Source of the DNA: Candidatus Moraniibacteriota bacterium
GTDB lineage: Bacteria; Patescibacteriota; Minisyncoccia; Moranbacterales; UBA2206
DNA: 64,000 nucleotides
Reading direction: 5' to 3'
Assembly: GCA_049304095.1 (NCBI GenBank)
Contig: JBAQNU010000010.1
Span: 19,311-83,310 of the forward strand
The notes below the pieces were generated by a model, which saw only the letters and a list, made by a program, of their open reading frames with translations, was not told where the DNA came from and ran no database searches. Shown one piece after another: positions 36,231 to 45,390 of the stretch; position 1 is the stretch's first letter, and every line of letters begins with the position of its first letter. Both the position numbers and the translations under genes were made by a program.

Positions 36231-36680
36231 ATGAATTGTCCCTTTTGCAACAACACGGAAACTAAGGTGGTTGATTCGCGTGAAACCAATGAAGGCAAAA
36301 TCACGCGCCGTCGTCGCGAATGTCCAAAATGTGAGTCGCGTTTCAGTACCTATGAAGAAGTTGAACTCTTGCGACTGAGTGTGATTAAAAAAAATGGCGC
36401 GAAAGTCGATTATGATAAAACCAAGATTGAAACCGGCGTAAGAAAAGCTCTAGAAAAACGGCCGGTAACGGAAGAAAAAATCATTGCGTTTATTGGAGAG
36501 GTGGAATATGAAATTCGTTCCAAGGAAAAACCGGAAGTGAGCACGAGGGAAATTGGTCGAATCATTCTCAAAAAAATGCGCGAGCTAGATGAAGTCGCTT
36601 ATGTCAGATTTGCCAGCGTCTATAAATCATTTTGCAGTATTGAGAGTTTCAAGAAAGAATTGGATACGTTTGATAAATAA
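36231..36680 (+). CDS. nrdR: transcriptional repressor NrdR
   Basis: MNCPFCNNTETKVVDSRE...RRRRECPKCESRF zinc ribbon plus an ATP-cone. Confidence 0.9.
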   Translation: MNCPFCNNTETKVVDSRETNEGKITRRRRECPKCESRFSTYEEVELLRLSVIKKNGAKVDYDKTKIETGVRKALEKRPVTEEKIIAFIGEVEYEIRSKEKPEVSTREIGRIILKKMRELDEVAYVRFASVYKSFCSIESFKKELDTFDK

Positions 36681-36727
36681 TTTTTCAAAAGGGGGAATAA
36701 TTCGAAATAAAAATAACAAAAAACTGT

Positions 36728-38965
36728 ATGGCAAAAAAAGTGAAAAAAGGGGGAAAAAAGGTGAGTGCGAAAAAAAAGGCAGTAGCACCGAAAAAAAGTG
36801 TTGCTTTGAAAGTGGCTAGCAAAAAAAATGTAGCCAAGGCAGAGGGAATTAAAATTAAAAAAGTTATCAAACGTGATGGGAAACTGGTTAGCTTTGATGA
36901 GAGCAAAATTACGAAAGGTGTGACGAAAGCTTTGGCATCAACCAAAGAAGGGACAGCGCAAGACGCCAAAAAAGTGACCGAAAAAGTTACGAAGCTTTTG
37001 GGGCGAAAACATAAAGAAGGCTATGTGCCAGAAATTGAAGAAATTCAAGACCTCGTGGAAAGAGTGCTCATGATTTTGGATTTTGAAGAAACGGCCAAAG
37101 CCTATATTCTCTATCGCGAGCAACACCGCAAAAATCGTGAAGCGGAAAAGTCGCTGGATGAGGCGGTGAATCTGGTGGATAAATACATTCAAGAAATCGA
37201 CTGGAAGGTGAAAGAAAATGCCAACATGGCCTATTCGCTCCAAGGACTCAACAACTACATTTCTTCGATTGTGAGCGCTAAATATTGGATGAATCGTGTT
37301 TACACAAAAGCGATTCGCGAAGCGCACGAAGGCGGGGATTTTCACATTCATGATTTGCAACTCTTGGCTGCCTATTGTTGCGGATGGGACCTGCAAGATC
37401 TCTTGCGAAGAGGATTTACGGGTGTGCCGGGAAAAGTGGCTTGCAAGCCAGCGAAACACCTAGGTTCAATTTTGGGTCAAATGGTTAATTTTACCTATAC
37501 CACGCAAGGCGAAGTAGCAGGCGCGCAGGCATTTTCTAATTTTGACACACTGCTCGCTCCATTCGTGCGTTATGACAAATTGACCTATGATCAAGTGAAG
37601 CAAGAGATTCAATCCTACGTGTTTAATATGAATGTTTCCACGCGCGTGGGATTCCAGACGCCTTTTTCCAATATCACCATGGACATCACTTGTCCGAAAA
37701 ATCTCAAAAACGAAGCCGTGATTTTTGGTGGCTTGCCTCAGAAGGAAACTTATGGTGAGTTTCAGGAAGAAATGAACTTGATTAATCGCGCCTTTGCGGA
37801 AGTGATGACAGAAGGGGACGCGGCTGGACGCATTTTCACTTTTCCTATTCCGACCTATAACATTGGCAAAGATTTTGATTGGAAAGATAAGCGTTTTGAT
37901 GCGATTTGGGAGATGACGGCTAAATATGGCATTCCTTACTTTGCAAATTTTGTGAATTCCGACATGGATCCAGATGACGCGCGTTCAATGTGTTGCCGAT
38001 TGCGTCTTGATAATCGGGAATTGCACAAACGCGGAGGCGGACTGTTTGGGGCGAACCCAATGACTGGATCAATTGGCGTGGTAACCATTAATATGCCTCG
38101 CATTGGACATGTTGCCAAGAATAAAAAAGAATTCATGAGACAACTAAACTATCTGATGGATCTGGCGCGCGAAAGTTTGGAAACCAAAAGAACAATGGTA
38201 GAAAAACTGACCGAAGGTGGTCTCTATCCCTACACGAAATTTTATCTAGCTCCGATCAAAATGCGTCGTGGACAGTATTGGGCTAATCACTTCTCAACAA
38301 TTGGTCTGGTGGGCATGAATGAAGCGCTTTTAAACTTAATTGGCAAGGACATTACCACGTCAGCTGGACAAAAACTGGCGGAAGAAATTCTTGTGCATAT
38401 GCGAGAAAGAATTATTGGCTATCAAAAAGAAACCGGCAATCTCTATAACTTGGAAGCCACGCCGGCTGAAGGCACATCATATCGCTTGGCTAGGATGGAT
38501 CAAAAGAAATATCCAGAAATCATTTTTGCCAACAGCGATAAGGTGAATAAAAAAGAAGCGGAGCCCTACTATACTAATTCTTCTCAACTGCCCGTGCAAC
38601 ATACCGAAGATATTTTTGAAGCACTAGATTTGCAAGATAAATTGCAGACCAAGTATACCGGTGGAACGGTGTTGCATGGATTCTTAGGCGAGCGAATTTG
38701 GGATATTGAAACTACCAAAAAGCTGGTGCGCAAAATTGCCGAAAACTATGCTCTGCCATATTTCACTCTTACGCCAACTTTCAGTATTTGTCCGGTGCAT
38801 GGTTACATCAATGGTGAGCATCCCTATTGTCCCAAGTGTGTCATGGAACAAAAAACCGAAATTTATTCGCGCGTAGTGGGTTATATCCGACCAGTGGAAC
38901 AATGGAACAACGGCAAAAAAGCTGAGTTCGAAGATCGCAAAGAGTTTAAAGTAAAAAGCAAATAA
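36728..38965 (+). CDS. nrdD: anaerobic ribonucleoside-triphosphate reductase (class III), with Lys-rich N-terminal tail
   Basis: ATP-cone (VIKRDGKLVSFDESKI) and C-terminal zinc site (CPVHG...CPKC). Glycyl-radical motif SRVVGYIRP. First 45 aa are a histone-H1-like K/A-rich tail (MAKKVKKGGKKVSAKKKAVAPKK...). Confidence 0.85.
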   Translation: MAKKVKKGGKKVSAKKKAVAPKKSVALKVASKKNVAKAEGIKIKKVIKRDGKLVSFDESKITKGVTKALASTKEGTAQDAKKVTEKVTKLLGRKHKEGYVPEIEEIQDLVERVLMILDFEETAKAYILYREQHRKNREAEKSLDEAVNLVDKYIQEIDWKVKENANMAYSLQGLNNYISSIVSAKYWMNRVYTKAIREAHEGGDFHIHDLQLLAAYCCGWDLQDLLRRGFTGVPGKVACKPAKHLGSILGQMVNFTYTTQGEVAGAQAFSNFDTLLAPFVRYDKLTYDQVKQEIQSYVFNMNVSTRVGFQTPFSNITMDITCPKNLKNEAVIFGGLPQKETYGEFQEEMNLINRAFAEVMTEGDAAGRIFTFPIPTYNIGKDFDWKDKRFDAIWEMTAKYGIPYFANFVNSDMDPDDARSMCCRLRLDNRELHKRGGGLFGANPMTGSIGVVTINMPRIGHVAKNKKEFMRQLNYLMDLARESLETKRTMVEKLTEGGLYPYTKFYLAPIKMRRGQYWANHFSTIGLVGMNEALLNLIGKDITTSAGQKLAEEILVHMRERIIGYQKETGNLYNLEATPAEGTSYRLARMDQKKYPEIIFANSDKVNKKEAEPYYTNSSQLPVQHTEDIFEALDLQDKLQTKYTGGTVLHGFLGERIWDIETTKKLVRKIAENYALPYFTLTPTFSICPVHGYINGEHPYCPKCVMEQKTEIYSRVVGYIRPVEQWNNGKKAEFEDRKEFKVKSK

Positions 38966-39001
38966 AAAATTTAAATATAAATAACAATTAAAAAAAATAA
39001 T

Positions 39002-39262
39002 ATGCAAAAACAAATTTGCCACGACTGTGGCCGAGAGCTTAAAAACAATGAAGAATATATGAACTATGTGATGGAAAGCGGAGAATTTTGCAAGTGCAAA
39101 AGTTGCCACGAAACCGATCCGGTGCTGCGTAATTTTCAAAGAACGGAAGTTTATTCCCGCGTGGTGGGCTACATTCGTCCAGTAGCACAGTGGAACAATG
39201 GAAAGCAAGCCGAATTTGATGATCGCAAAGAGTTCAAACTAGAAGGCGCAGCTTGCTGCTAA
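39002..39262 (+). CDS. stand-alone zinc-ribbon + glycyl-radical-motif mini-protein duplicating the NrdD C-terminus (candidate autonomous glycyl-radical spare part)
   Basis: CHDCGRE...CKCKSCHE followed by EVYSRVVGYIRPVAQWNNGKQAEFDDRKEFK. Compare the NrdD end EIYSRVVGYIRPVEQWNNGKKAEFEDRKEFK. The nucleotide sequences differ at many synonymous sites. Confidence 0.6.
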   Translation: MQKQICHDCGRELKNNEEYMNYVMESGEFCKCKSCHETDPVLRNFQRTEVYSRVVGYIRPVAQWNNGKQAEFDDRKEFKLEGAACC

Positions 39263-39276
39263 CTCAAGAAAGATAG

Positions 39277-39318
39277 CGGGGCAATCTTGTTTATCGCGGG
39301 ATTGCCCCGAATTTTACT
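39277..39318 (+). terminator. hairpin CGGGGCAATC-N13-GATTGCCCCG followed by a T-rich tract
   Basis: Perfect 10-bp stem read from sequence, after the 39002 gene. Confidence 0.5.
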
Positions 39319-39378
39319 AAATCATGTAGCATATAACATGTAACATATAACATGCAACCCGTGGCTAAGTAGAGATAG

Positions 39379-40131
39379 TTGCGAATGTCATATGCTTCAT
39401 GCTTCATGCTTCATGCTTCATGCTTCATGAACATAGGCGGTTATCAAAAATTAACGCTGATTGATTTTCCCGGCACTATCGCGACGACTATTTTCACGGT
39501 CGGCTGTAATTTTCGTTGTCCCTTTTGTCATAATCCGGAATTAGTTTTGGGCGCTGGGCAACTTGCGTCGGGGATGGAAAATAAAACAGAACAAGAATTT
39601 TTCGCGTTTTTAAAAAAACGTCAAGGAAAAATCGAAGGCGTTTGCATTACGGGTGGTGAGCCGACCTTACAACCAGATCTCATTGAGTTTGTGAAAAAAG
39701 TGCGCGCGCTGGGCTATCTGGTTAAGTTAGATACTAATGGAGCGCGACCGGATATTTTGAAAAAAATGCTTGATTTGAAACTTTTGGATTTTGTGGCGAT
39801 GGATATTAAAAATCAACTAAAAAATTATAGCAAAACCGTTGGTGTGAAAGTGGATATTGAGCGGATAAAATTAAGTATCGATTTAATTCGCAATAGTCGC
39901 GTGCCCTATGAATTTCGCACCACGGTTGTGCCGGGCATCCATACGGAAAAGGATTTTCTAGAAATTGCTAAGTGGCTCTCTGGCGCAAAGGCATATTATC
40001 TCCAAGAATATCGGGAAGCAGTAATTTTGGATAAAAACTTGAAAAAGAAAACGAAAGGAAAAAAGATTGATCTGGAAAAGATTCAGACGCAAATCGAGAA
40101 AAATTTCGGAAAAATGGGGATTAGACGCTAA
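39379..40131 (+). CDS. nrdG: anaerobic ribonucleotide reductase activating protein (radical SAM); start uncertain (TTG 39379 or ATG 39427)
   Basis: GCNFRCPFCHNP CxxxCxxC cluster motif and GGEPTLQ SAM-binding motif. N-terminal ASCFMLHASCFM is encoded by the 7-nt repeat and may be non-native. Confidence 0.85.
   Translation: MRMSYASCFMLHASCFMNIGGYQKLTLIDFPGTIATTIFTVGCNFRCPFCHNPELVLGAGQLASGMENKTEQEFFAFLKKRQGKIEGVCITGGEPTLQPDLIEFVKKVRALGYLVKLDTNGARPDILKKMLDLKLLDFVAMDIKNQLKNYSKTVGVKVDIERIKLSIDLIRNSRVPYEFRTTVVPGIHTEKDFLEIAKWLSGAKAYYLQEYREAVILDKNLKKKTKGKKIDLEKIQTQIEKNFGKMGIRR
39393..39428 (+). repeat. heptanucleotide microsatellite (TGCTTCA)x5 at the 5' end of nrdG
   Basis: Five perfect 7-nt units ending at the ATG 39427. 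Not a multiple of 3. Confidence 0.7.
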
Positions 40132-40191
40132 AGTTTTTTTGTGTTATGCTTTTTTAAAGGTTCATTTGATTTTCTAAAAAAGTTTATTTGT

Positions 40192-40488
40192 ATGAAAAAA
40201 CATCTCAATAAAATCCTTTTTTTCACCATAAACATCCTTTTGGTTGTGATTGTCGCGTTGATAATCAAGGGGCAGGATCAAAAAAATAAACTTGATAACG
40301 CTTCCGTTATGATTGAAAATTCGCCAGTTCCGACTGATTCTGTGGGCGAAAATGCTCCCGTGCCAGTGCCAACTTCTGCTTCGCCAACCGCCACTCCGCC
40401 AGTAGCTGCTACCAAGCCAATAGCAACAACTCCCACAACAACTGCTAACACACAACCCAAGGCCACGCGCACGACTAAGAAATCATAA
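40192..40488 (+). CDS. small membrane protein with Pro/Thr/Ala-rich tail
   Basis: ATG 40192 (MKKHLNKILFFTINILLVVIVALII) TM, then PVPTDS...ATPPVAATKPIATTPTTTANT. The track start is GTG 40141. Confidence 0.4.
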   Translation: MKKHLNKILFFTINILLVVIVALIIKGQDQKNKLDNASVMIENSPVPTDSVGENAPVPVPTSASPTATPPVAATKPIATTPTTTANTQPKATRTTKKS

Positions 40489-40489
40489 T

Positions 40490-41422
40490 ATGCCAAAAAG
40501 CCAAGAAAAAGCGGAGCTGGAATTTAAAGCGCTGGGAACGGATATCTATTTTCAATTGGTTTTTGAAAAAGAGGCGCTTGATGCCAAAAAAGACTTGGCT
40601 GACTTGCAAGCATTCTATTTATTACAAGAAAAAATATTTAGTCGTTTTGACGTGGAAAGCGAGTTGAGTTTTTTGAATGCTAATTTGGGAAAATTTCACC
40701 CGGTTTCGGCAGATTTTTTGCAAGTAGCAAAAAAAAGTCTAGACTACAATCAGATGACTCGTGGACTGTTCGATCCGCGAATTATTGAAACGCTGGAAAA
40801 AATTGGTTATCAAAAAGATTTTAAGACGCTTGATTTGGCAGATATAGAAATTGAAGACACAAAGCGAGAGACACTTGGTGAACTAGAAAAAGACTTAATA
40901 ATCAAAGATGATAAAATAAAATTTTTACAGCGAATGGATTTTTCTGGTATTGCTAAGGGCTACATCACTGATCGAGCCGGTGCGATTTTGCAAGCAAAAA
41001 AATATACCAATTTTTTGCTTGATTCTGGCGGAGATATGTTAGCTTCAGGCATGAATCAGGAAAGCGCAACCTGGAAAATTGATATTGAAGGCGTTGCGGA
41101 AAGAAGATTGTTGCTAGGCTTAAAAAACGAAGCAATTGCCACTTCCGGTATTGGCAAAAGAAAGTGGGAAAGTGGCGGAAAAAGATTTCATCACTTGATC
41201 AACCCTAGGGATTTAGAAAAGTTCTCTTTTGATTTGCAATCTGTGACGGTAGTCGCGTCGAATGTTACCGAAGCGGATATTTGGGCAAAAGTTTTATTTC
41301 TCATGGGCAAAGAAAATGGACAAAAGCTGGCGCAAGAGAAAGAGCTCAAAAGTATTTTTTTGGATTATCGTGGAAATGCTTGGATTTCTAGTGAGTTGAA
41401 ACGGAATAATTTTGAACTATGA
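40490..41422 (+). CDS. apbE: FAD:protein FMN transferase (ApbE family)
   Basis: FSGIAKGYITDRAG and LLDSGGDMLASG motifs typical of ApbE. Confidence 0.7.
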   Translation: MPKSQEKAELEFKALGTDIYFQLVFEKEALDAKKDLADLQAFYLLQEKIFSRFDVESELSFLNANLGKFHPVSADFLQVAKKSLDYNQMTRGLFDPRIIETLEKIGYQKDFKTLDLADIEIEDTKRETLGELEKDLIIKDDKIKFLQRMDFSGIAKGYITDRAGAILQAKKYTNFLLDSGGDMLASGMNQESATWKIDIEGVAERRLLLGLKNEAIATSGIGKRKWESGGKRFHHLINPRDLEKFSFDLQSVTVVASNVTEADIWAKVLFLMGKENGQKLAQEKELKSIFLDYRGNAWISSELKRNNFEL

Positions 41423-41454
41423 TTTAGCTGATTAAAGGATTAATATGATTAATA

Positions 41455-42057
41455 ATGCAAAATATGGGTCTTGATAGTGCAGGTCAAATAGTGCAAGCGG
41501 TTCCTTGGGCGTGGTATTTTGCCAGAGCGGGGGGTCTCGTGGCATTTTTGTTACTCTATTTTTCCATTTTTTTTGGTCTGGCAATTCGACTTCCAATACT
41601 AAAAAAAATCATCGCACCGGGCGATTCTTTTTCTCTGCATCGGACACTTTCCGCGCAAGTTTTCATTTTTGTTCTTTTGCATGGACTATTTTTTCTGGGA
41701 GATATCTATCTCAATTTTGGTTTAAAGGAAATTTTTGTGCCGTTCGCTTCCACCTTTGAACCGCAATTGGTGGCGATGGGGGTTATCGGGATGTATTTAA
41801 TGTTGATATTGCTTATTACATCATATTTTCGCCGATTCATTTCCTATCGCGCTTGGCGCGCAGTGCATTTTCTCAACATCGCACTCTACGGCGCAGGTTT
41901 TTTTCATGCCTACTATCTTGGCACTGATTTGAAGTCTGGCCTCATTCGAGAAATTTTCCTGGGAATGAACATCTTGCTTTTTGGACTGATGATTGCGAGT
42001 CTGCTTTTGAAGCTAAAAAATACTTTTACGTCGAAATCAAATGCGAATTTATCTTAA
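41455..42057 (+). CDS. polytopic membrane protein with conserved TM histidines (ferric-reductase/MsrQ-like heme-b domain candidate)
   Basis: About 6 TM helices. His residues in TMs (LHRTLSAQVFIFVLLHG, AVHFLNIALYGAGFFHAYY). Adjacent to apbE. Confidence 0.4.
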   Translation: MQNMGLDSAGQIVQAVPWAWYFARAGGLVAFLLLYFSIFFGLAIRLPILKKIIAPGDSFSLHRTLSAQVFIFVLLHGLFFLGDIYLNFGLKEIFVPFASTFEPQLVAMGVIGMYLMLILLITSYFRRFISYRAWRAVHFLNIALYGAGFFHAYYLGTDLKSGLIREIFLGMNILLFGLMIASLLLKLKNTFTSKSNANLS

Positions 42058-42274
42058 AGTTATTCCGCGTTCATCACGGAATCTTGTCGAAAAAATTAGC
42101 GTTGGCGAATATCGCGTGCACCTCACTGCGCCACCAGTGGACGGCAAAGCCAACGAAGCATTGATTAAGCTTTTGGCAGAGCATTTTAACGTTTCCAAGA
42201 GTGCTATTGAAATTGTTGGTGGAAAAAGTTCTTCGAGGAAGATGGTGGATATCTTAGGAAGGAATCTGCTATAA
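42041..42274 (+). CDS. DUF167 (YggU-like) protein
   Basis: IYLKVIPRSSRN...LTAPPVDGKANEALIKLLAEHF is the characteristic YggU pattern. Confidence 0.6.
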   Translation: MRIYLKVIPRSSRNLVEKISVGEYRVHLTAPPVDGKANEALIKLLAEHFNVSKSAIEIVGGKSSSRKMVDILGRNLL

Positions 42275-42281
42275 TATCCCC

Positions 42282-43793
42282 ATGAACAAGGCGAAAATAT
42301 TTTTGTTATTTTCTTTGAGTTTTATTTTGGGAATTTTTCTGGCGTCATTTTTTTATCCCATTTTTTTGCCATCGATTTCCTTGTGTTTAGTGATGCTTTT
42401 GGCCATAATTATCTTTTTTGTTTTCTATAAAAATAAAATCGCAACACTGGTTTCTTTGGCGCTTTTGATGTTTGCTTTTGGTTTTTATCTTACTCAGAAA
42501 AAACTGGATAAAATAAACTCATTTAAAGATGCGCCGGAGGAGGTAGAATTTTCCGGTCGGGGGATAATTGTAGCGGAGCCGAAAATAAAAGATAGTAAAC
42601 AGGATTTAATTTTCTCTGCCTACGCTAAGGCTTCGGTAGATAAATCGTCTGATAATATAAACTACAGCATTCTCATTCAAGAAAGCGCTTTTGAAAATTT
42701 TGCTTATGGCGAAGAAATTGATTTGAAATGCAAGTTGGAGTTGCCGAAAAATATGGCGGACAGCGATTTTGACTATAAGGCCTATTTGGCCAGGCAAGAT
42801 ATTTTTTATCTTTGTCAAAAACCTAGCATTGAAAAGACGGGTAAAAATTTGGGCAATCGTTTTTATGGCGCGGTCGTGGCGCTCAAAAATAAATTTAGCG
42901 CGAACATCTATGCGCTCATTCCTTCGCCGGAAGCGGCACTACTCGAAGGCCTCATTATTGGCGGAAGCGGAAATTTGTCCAAGGAAATTCAAGCCAATTT
43001 TTCGCGCACCGGAATGACGCACATCGTGGCGGTTTCTGGATATAACATAACAATTGTGGCGCAGTATCTGATGCTCATCGGACTTTTTTTGGGTCTTTGG
43101 CGGCGACAAGCGTTTTGGTTTGCCCTCATTGGCATTTGGATTTTCATTCTCATGACGGGTTTTCCGGCGTCGGCAATTCGCGCTGGGGTGATGGGCACAC
43201 TGCTTCTTTATGCGATGAAAAATGGGCGGCTGGCGAACGCCGGTAATGCCATTCTTTTTTCCGCTGTCGTGATGCTTTTTTGGAATCCACTGCTTCTCCG
43301 CTATGACGTCGGATTTCAACTGTCTTTTTTGGCCACTCTTGGCATTGTCTATTTCTATCCAATATTTGAAAAATATTTTGGTGAAAAGTTGAAAAAATAT
43401 CCCGATATTTTTTCGTTCGTGGGAGAAATTCTGTTTATGTCGCTCTCAGCTCAGATTCTAGTTTTGCCGATAATTCTGTTTAATTTTCAAACGCTTTCGC
43501 TTATTTCTCCTGTGACGAATATCTTAGTCCTGCCAATTTTACCCATCACAATGCTTATTGGCTTTCTGGCTGTTGCCACCAGTTTTATCTTTCAGCCACT
43601 TGCTATTTTCTTTTCTTGGCTAAGTTATCTTCCGTTACGCTATGAAATTTCTGTTATCAACTATTTTGCTAATCTCAAGTTTTCTGCTCTTGTAGTCGGC
43701 CTTTCGTGGCAAGGAATGGTGGTTTGGTATATAATTATAGTAGGCGCGATTTATAAGTCTAAAAAAATCCAAACCAAGAAATATGATGAATAA
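42282..43793 (+). CDS. comEC: ComEC/Rec2 competence channel protein, N-terminal (DUF4131 + competence domain) part only
   Basis: Multi-TM protein with the MTHIVAVSGYNITIV and LSFLAT motifs of the ComEC competence domain. No MBL domain; it ends at 503 aa. Confidence 0.75.
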   Translation: MNKAKIFLLFSLSFILGIFLASFFYPIFLPSISLCLVMLLAIIIFFVFYKNKIATLVSLALLMFAFGFYLTQKKLDKINSFKDAPEEVEFSGRGIIVAEPKIKDSKQDLIFSAYAKASVDKSSDNINYSILIQESAFENFAYGEEIDLKCKLELPKNMADSDFDYKAYLARQDIFYLCQKPSIEKTGKNLGNRFYGAVVALKNKFSANIYALIPSPEAALLEGLIIGGSGNLSKEIQANFSRTGMTHIVAVSGYNITIVAQYLMLIGLFLGLWRRQAFWFALIGIWIFILMTGFPASAIRAGVMGTLLLYAMKNGRLANAGNAILFSAVVMLFWNPLLLRYDVGFQLSFLATLGIVYFYPIFEKYFGEKLKKYPDIFSFVGEILFMSLSAQILVLPIILFNFQTLSLISPVTNILVLPILPITMLIGFLAVATSFIFQPLAIFFSWLSYLPLRYEISVINYFANLKFSALVVGLSWQGMVVWYIIIVGAIYKSKKIQTKKYDE

Positions 43794-43953
43794 TATTAAA
43801 GAAGAGACAAAAAAAGAAATAGAAGAGCTCTATACTCAATGTGAAAAAGAATTGGGTGAAATTGAAAAAGAAAAACAAGCGATCTTGGATCGCTTGAGAA
43901 AAAAGGTGGCGCAGAAAAAACTTAATCAAGCATTTGAAAAAAAACATGAATAA
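43783..43953 (+). CDS. small K/E-rich helical protein (56 aa), absent from the track, overlapping the start of the next gene
   Basis: MMNNIKEETKKEIEELYTQCEKELGEIEKEKQAILDRLRKKVAQKKLNQAFEKKHE. Its stop overlaps the ATG 43946 of the downstream gene (CATGAATAA). Confidence 0.3.
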   Translation: MMNNIKEETKKEIEELYTQCEKELGEIEKEKQAILDRLRKKVAQKKLNQAFEKKHE

Positions 43954-45346
43954 AAAAGAGTCTTTTTTAAAACCAGATCTTTTGTCAGAGCAATCTATCG
44001 AAGGGCAGGAGGAAAAAAATAAGGATATCTCGCAAGAGAAACTAACCCAGTCAGACCTAGCTGAGCTTTATAAATTTGCGAATAAGAAAATAAAAGAGAT
44101 GGGCGATCGGGTAACTGGCGTGGAGGCTGATGCTGATGGCGAAGAAATAGCGAAAATTAAGCAGGAATTATCTAATCCACTAGCTAATGACCAAGAAGTA
44201 GTCAGTGAGGATTTTGAAAGATTGAGTCGGTTGTCTCTTAAATCAAAACAGGTTCTGGAAAGTTTTAAAAAAGGAGTCAAAAAGGCTGTGGCGATTGGGG
44301 TTTTGATGGCTTCTCTTTCTATGCCCAATTTTTCTTCTGAGGCGCGGGCGGATGTGGTTGTTGACGAACAGGCTATCGAGCGACAGATTGAAACTGGAAA
44401 ATTGGAGATTAGAGAATTGCGCCCAGGGATGATTGTTGATCGAAAAGAATTGAAAAAGTGTCTACATGAAGCTTCTCACAATGAACCAAATGAATGGATA
44501 GTCGTGATTGCCTGGAAAAAAGGTGCCGATGAAAAACAGGGACGAATTTTGGAGATAAGTGGTGGCGGTCAAGCGAGCGCCTTTTCCGATTTAAACTTGA
44601 CATTAGACTCGCTCAAGGAAGGGGAAGAAATTGAAAGTATTCACACGCACTCAAGAAAAACTGGGGAACAAGAATTTAAAAAAACAAGCGCTGTTCCATA
44701 TGATTCAGAAAAATTCGCTTGTCCACCAAGTTTTGGTGATTTAGCTTCTGCGTATTCCAATTTAGAATTTTATAAAGGAAAAGGATTAGAACATCAAGCT
44801 TTGTCAAAAAGGAGGGAGCTTGTTGTGGATGTGGATAGAGAGTGGGAATATGGAATTGAAGAGGAAAACAATCCTTTCATGAAAAAATTCTCCAGCTTTA
44901 TCAATAGCTGGCGCGATAAACGCAACGAAGCGGGAAAAGCGATAGTTTTTAGCCAGGAAGAAGTGCAGACAGTAAATAATTTTGCTGATGAAATAAAAAA
45001 TAATAGAGGCTTTGATCACGAATTTACTCAAACACTGCAACTTTTTTTTGAATCTAGGGCAAGAGAAGTTGATGATGAAAAAATCAAAGCGCAGTGTCTA
45101 AATATTGCCGACAAGGCAAAACAGGCTACAAATGAAGCGTGCAGAAGCGCTCTCAAAGAAAATAATATAAGCCAAGAAGAGCTTGATTTAATTGTCAAAA
45201 GTGAGGGCTTGGCGCTAGAAATTTATGGCGTGAAGAATGCGGAAAAGGCTTCTCACGAGAGCAGGGAACAAAAAATTGAAGAACTAAAAGCATGCTACAA
45301 AAAGTTTGGAGTTTTTTTGAAATATACGGAAAATAAGAAAAAATGA
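43946..45346 (+). CDS. large hypothetical protein with internal hydrophobic segment
   Basis: ATG 43946 preferred over track TTG 43934. IHTHS...PSFGD is a loose JAMM-like pattern, but the spacing is non-canonical, so no confident assignment. Confidence 0.4.
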   Translation: MNKKESFLKPDLLSEQSIEGQEEKNKDISQEKLTQSDLAELYKFANKKIKEMGDRVTGVEADADGEEIAKIKQELSNPLANDQEVVSEDFERLSRLSLKSKQVLESFKKGVKKAVAIGVLMASLSMPNFSSEARADVVVDEQAIERQIETGKLEIRELRPGMIVDRKELKKCLHEASHNEPNEWIVVIAWKKGADEKQGRILEISGGGQASAFSDLNLTLDSLKEGEEIESIHTHSRKTGEQEFKKTSAVPYDSEKFACPPSFGDLASAYSNLEFYKGKGLEHQALSKRRELVVDVDREWEYGIEEENNPFMKKFSSFINSWRDKRNEAGKAIVFSQEEVQTVNNFADEIKNNRGFDHEFTQTLQLFFESRAREVDDEKIKAQCLNIADKAKQATNEACRSALKENNISQEELDLIVKSEGLALEIYGVKNAEKASHESREQKIEELKACYKKFGVFLKYTENKKK

Positions 45347-45390
45347 TATAATTATGCTAGGCAGACGTTTAGGTTTTAAAAAATATTTTT

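Noticed and set aside
39322-39358. ACATGTAACATAT repeats upstream of nrdG as NrdR boxes
   Set aside because: They do not match the 16-bp palindromic NrdR consensus acaCwAtATaTwGtgt. A good match exists instead at 36200-36215 upstream of nrdR.
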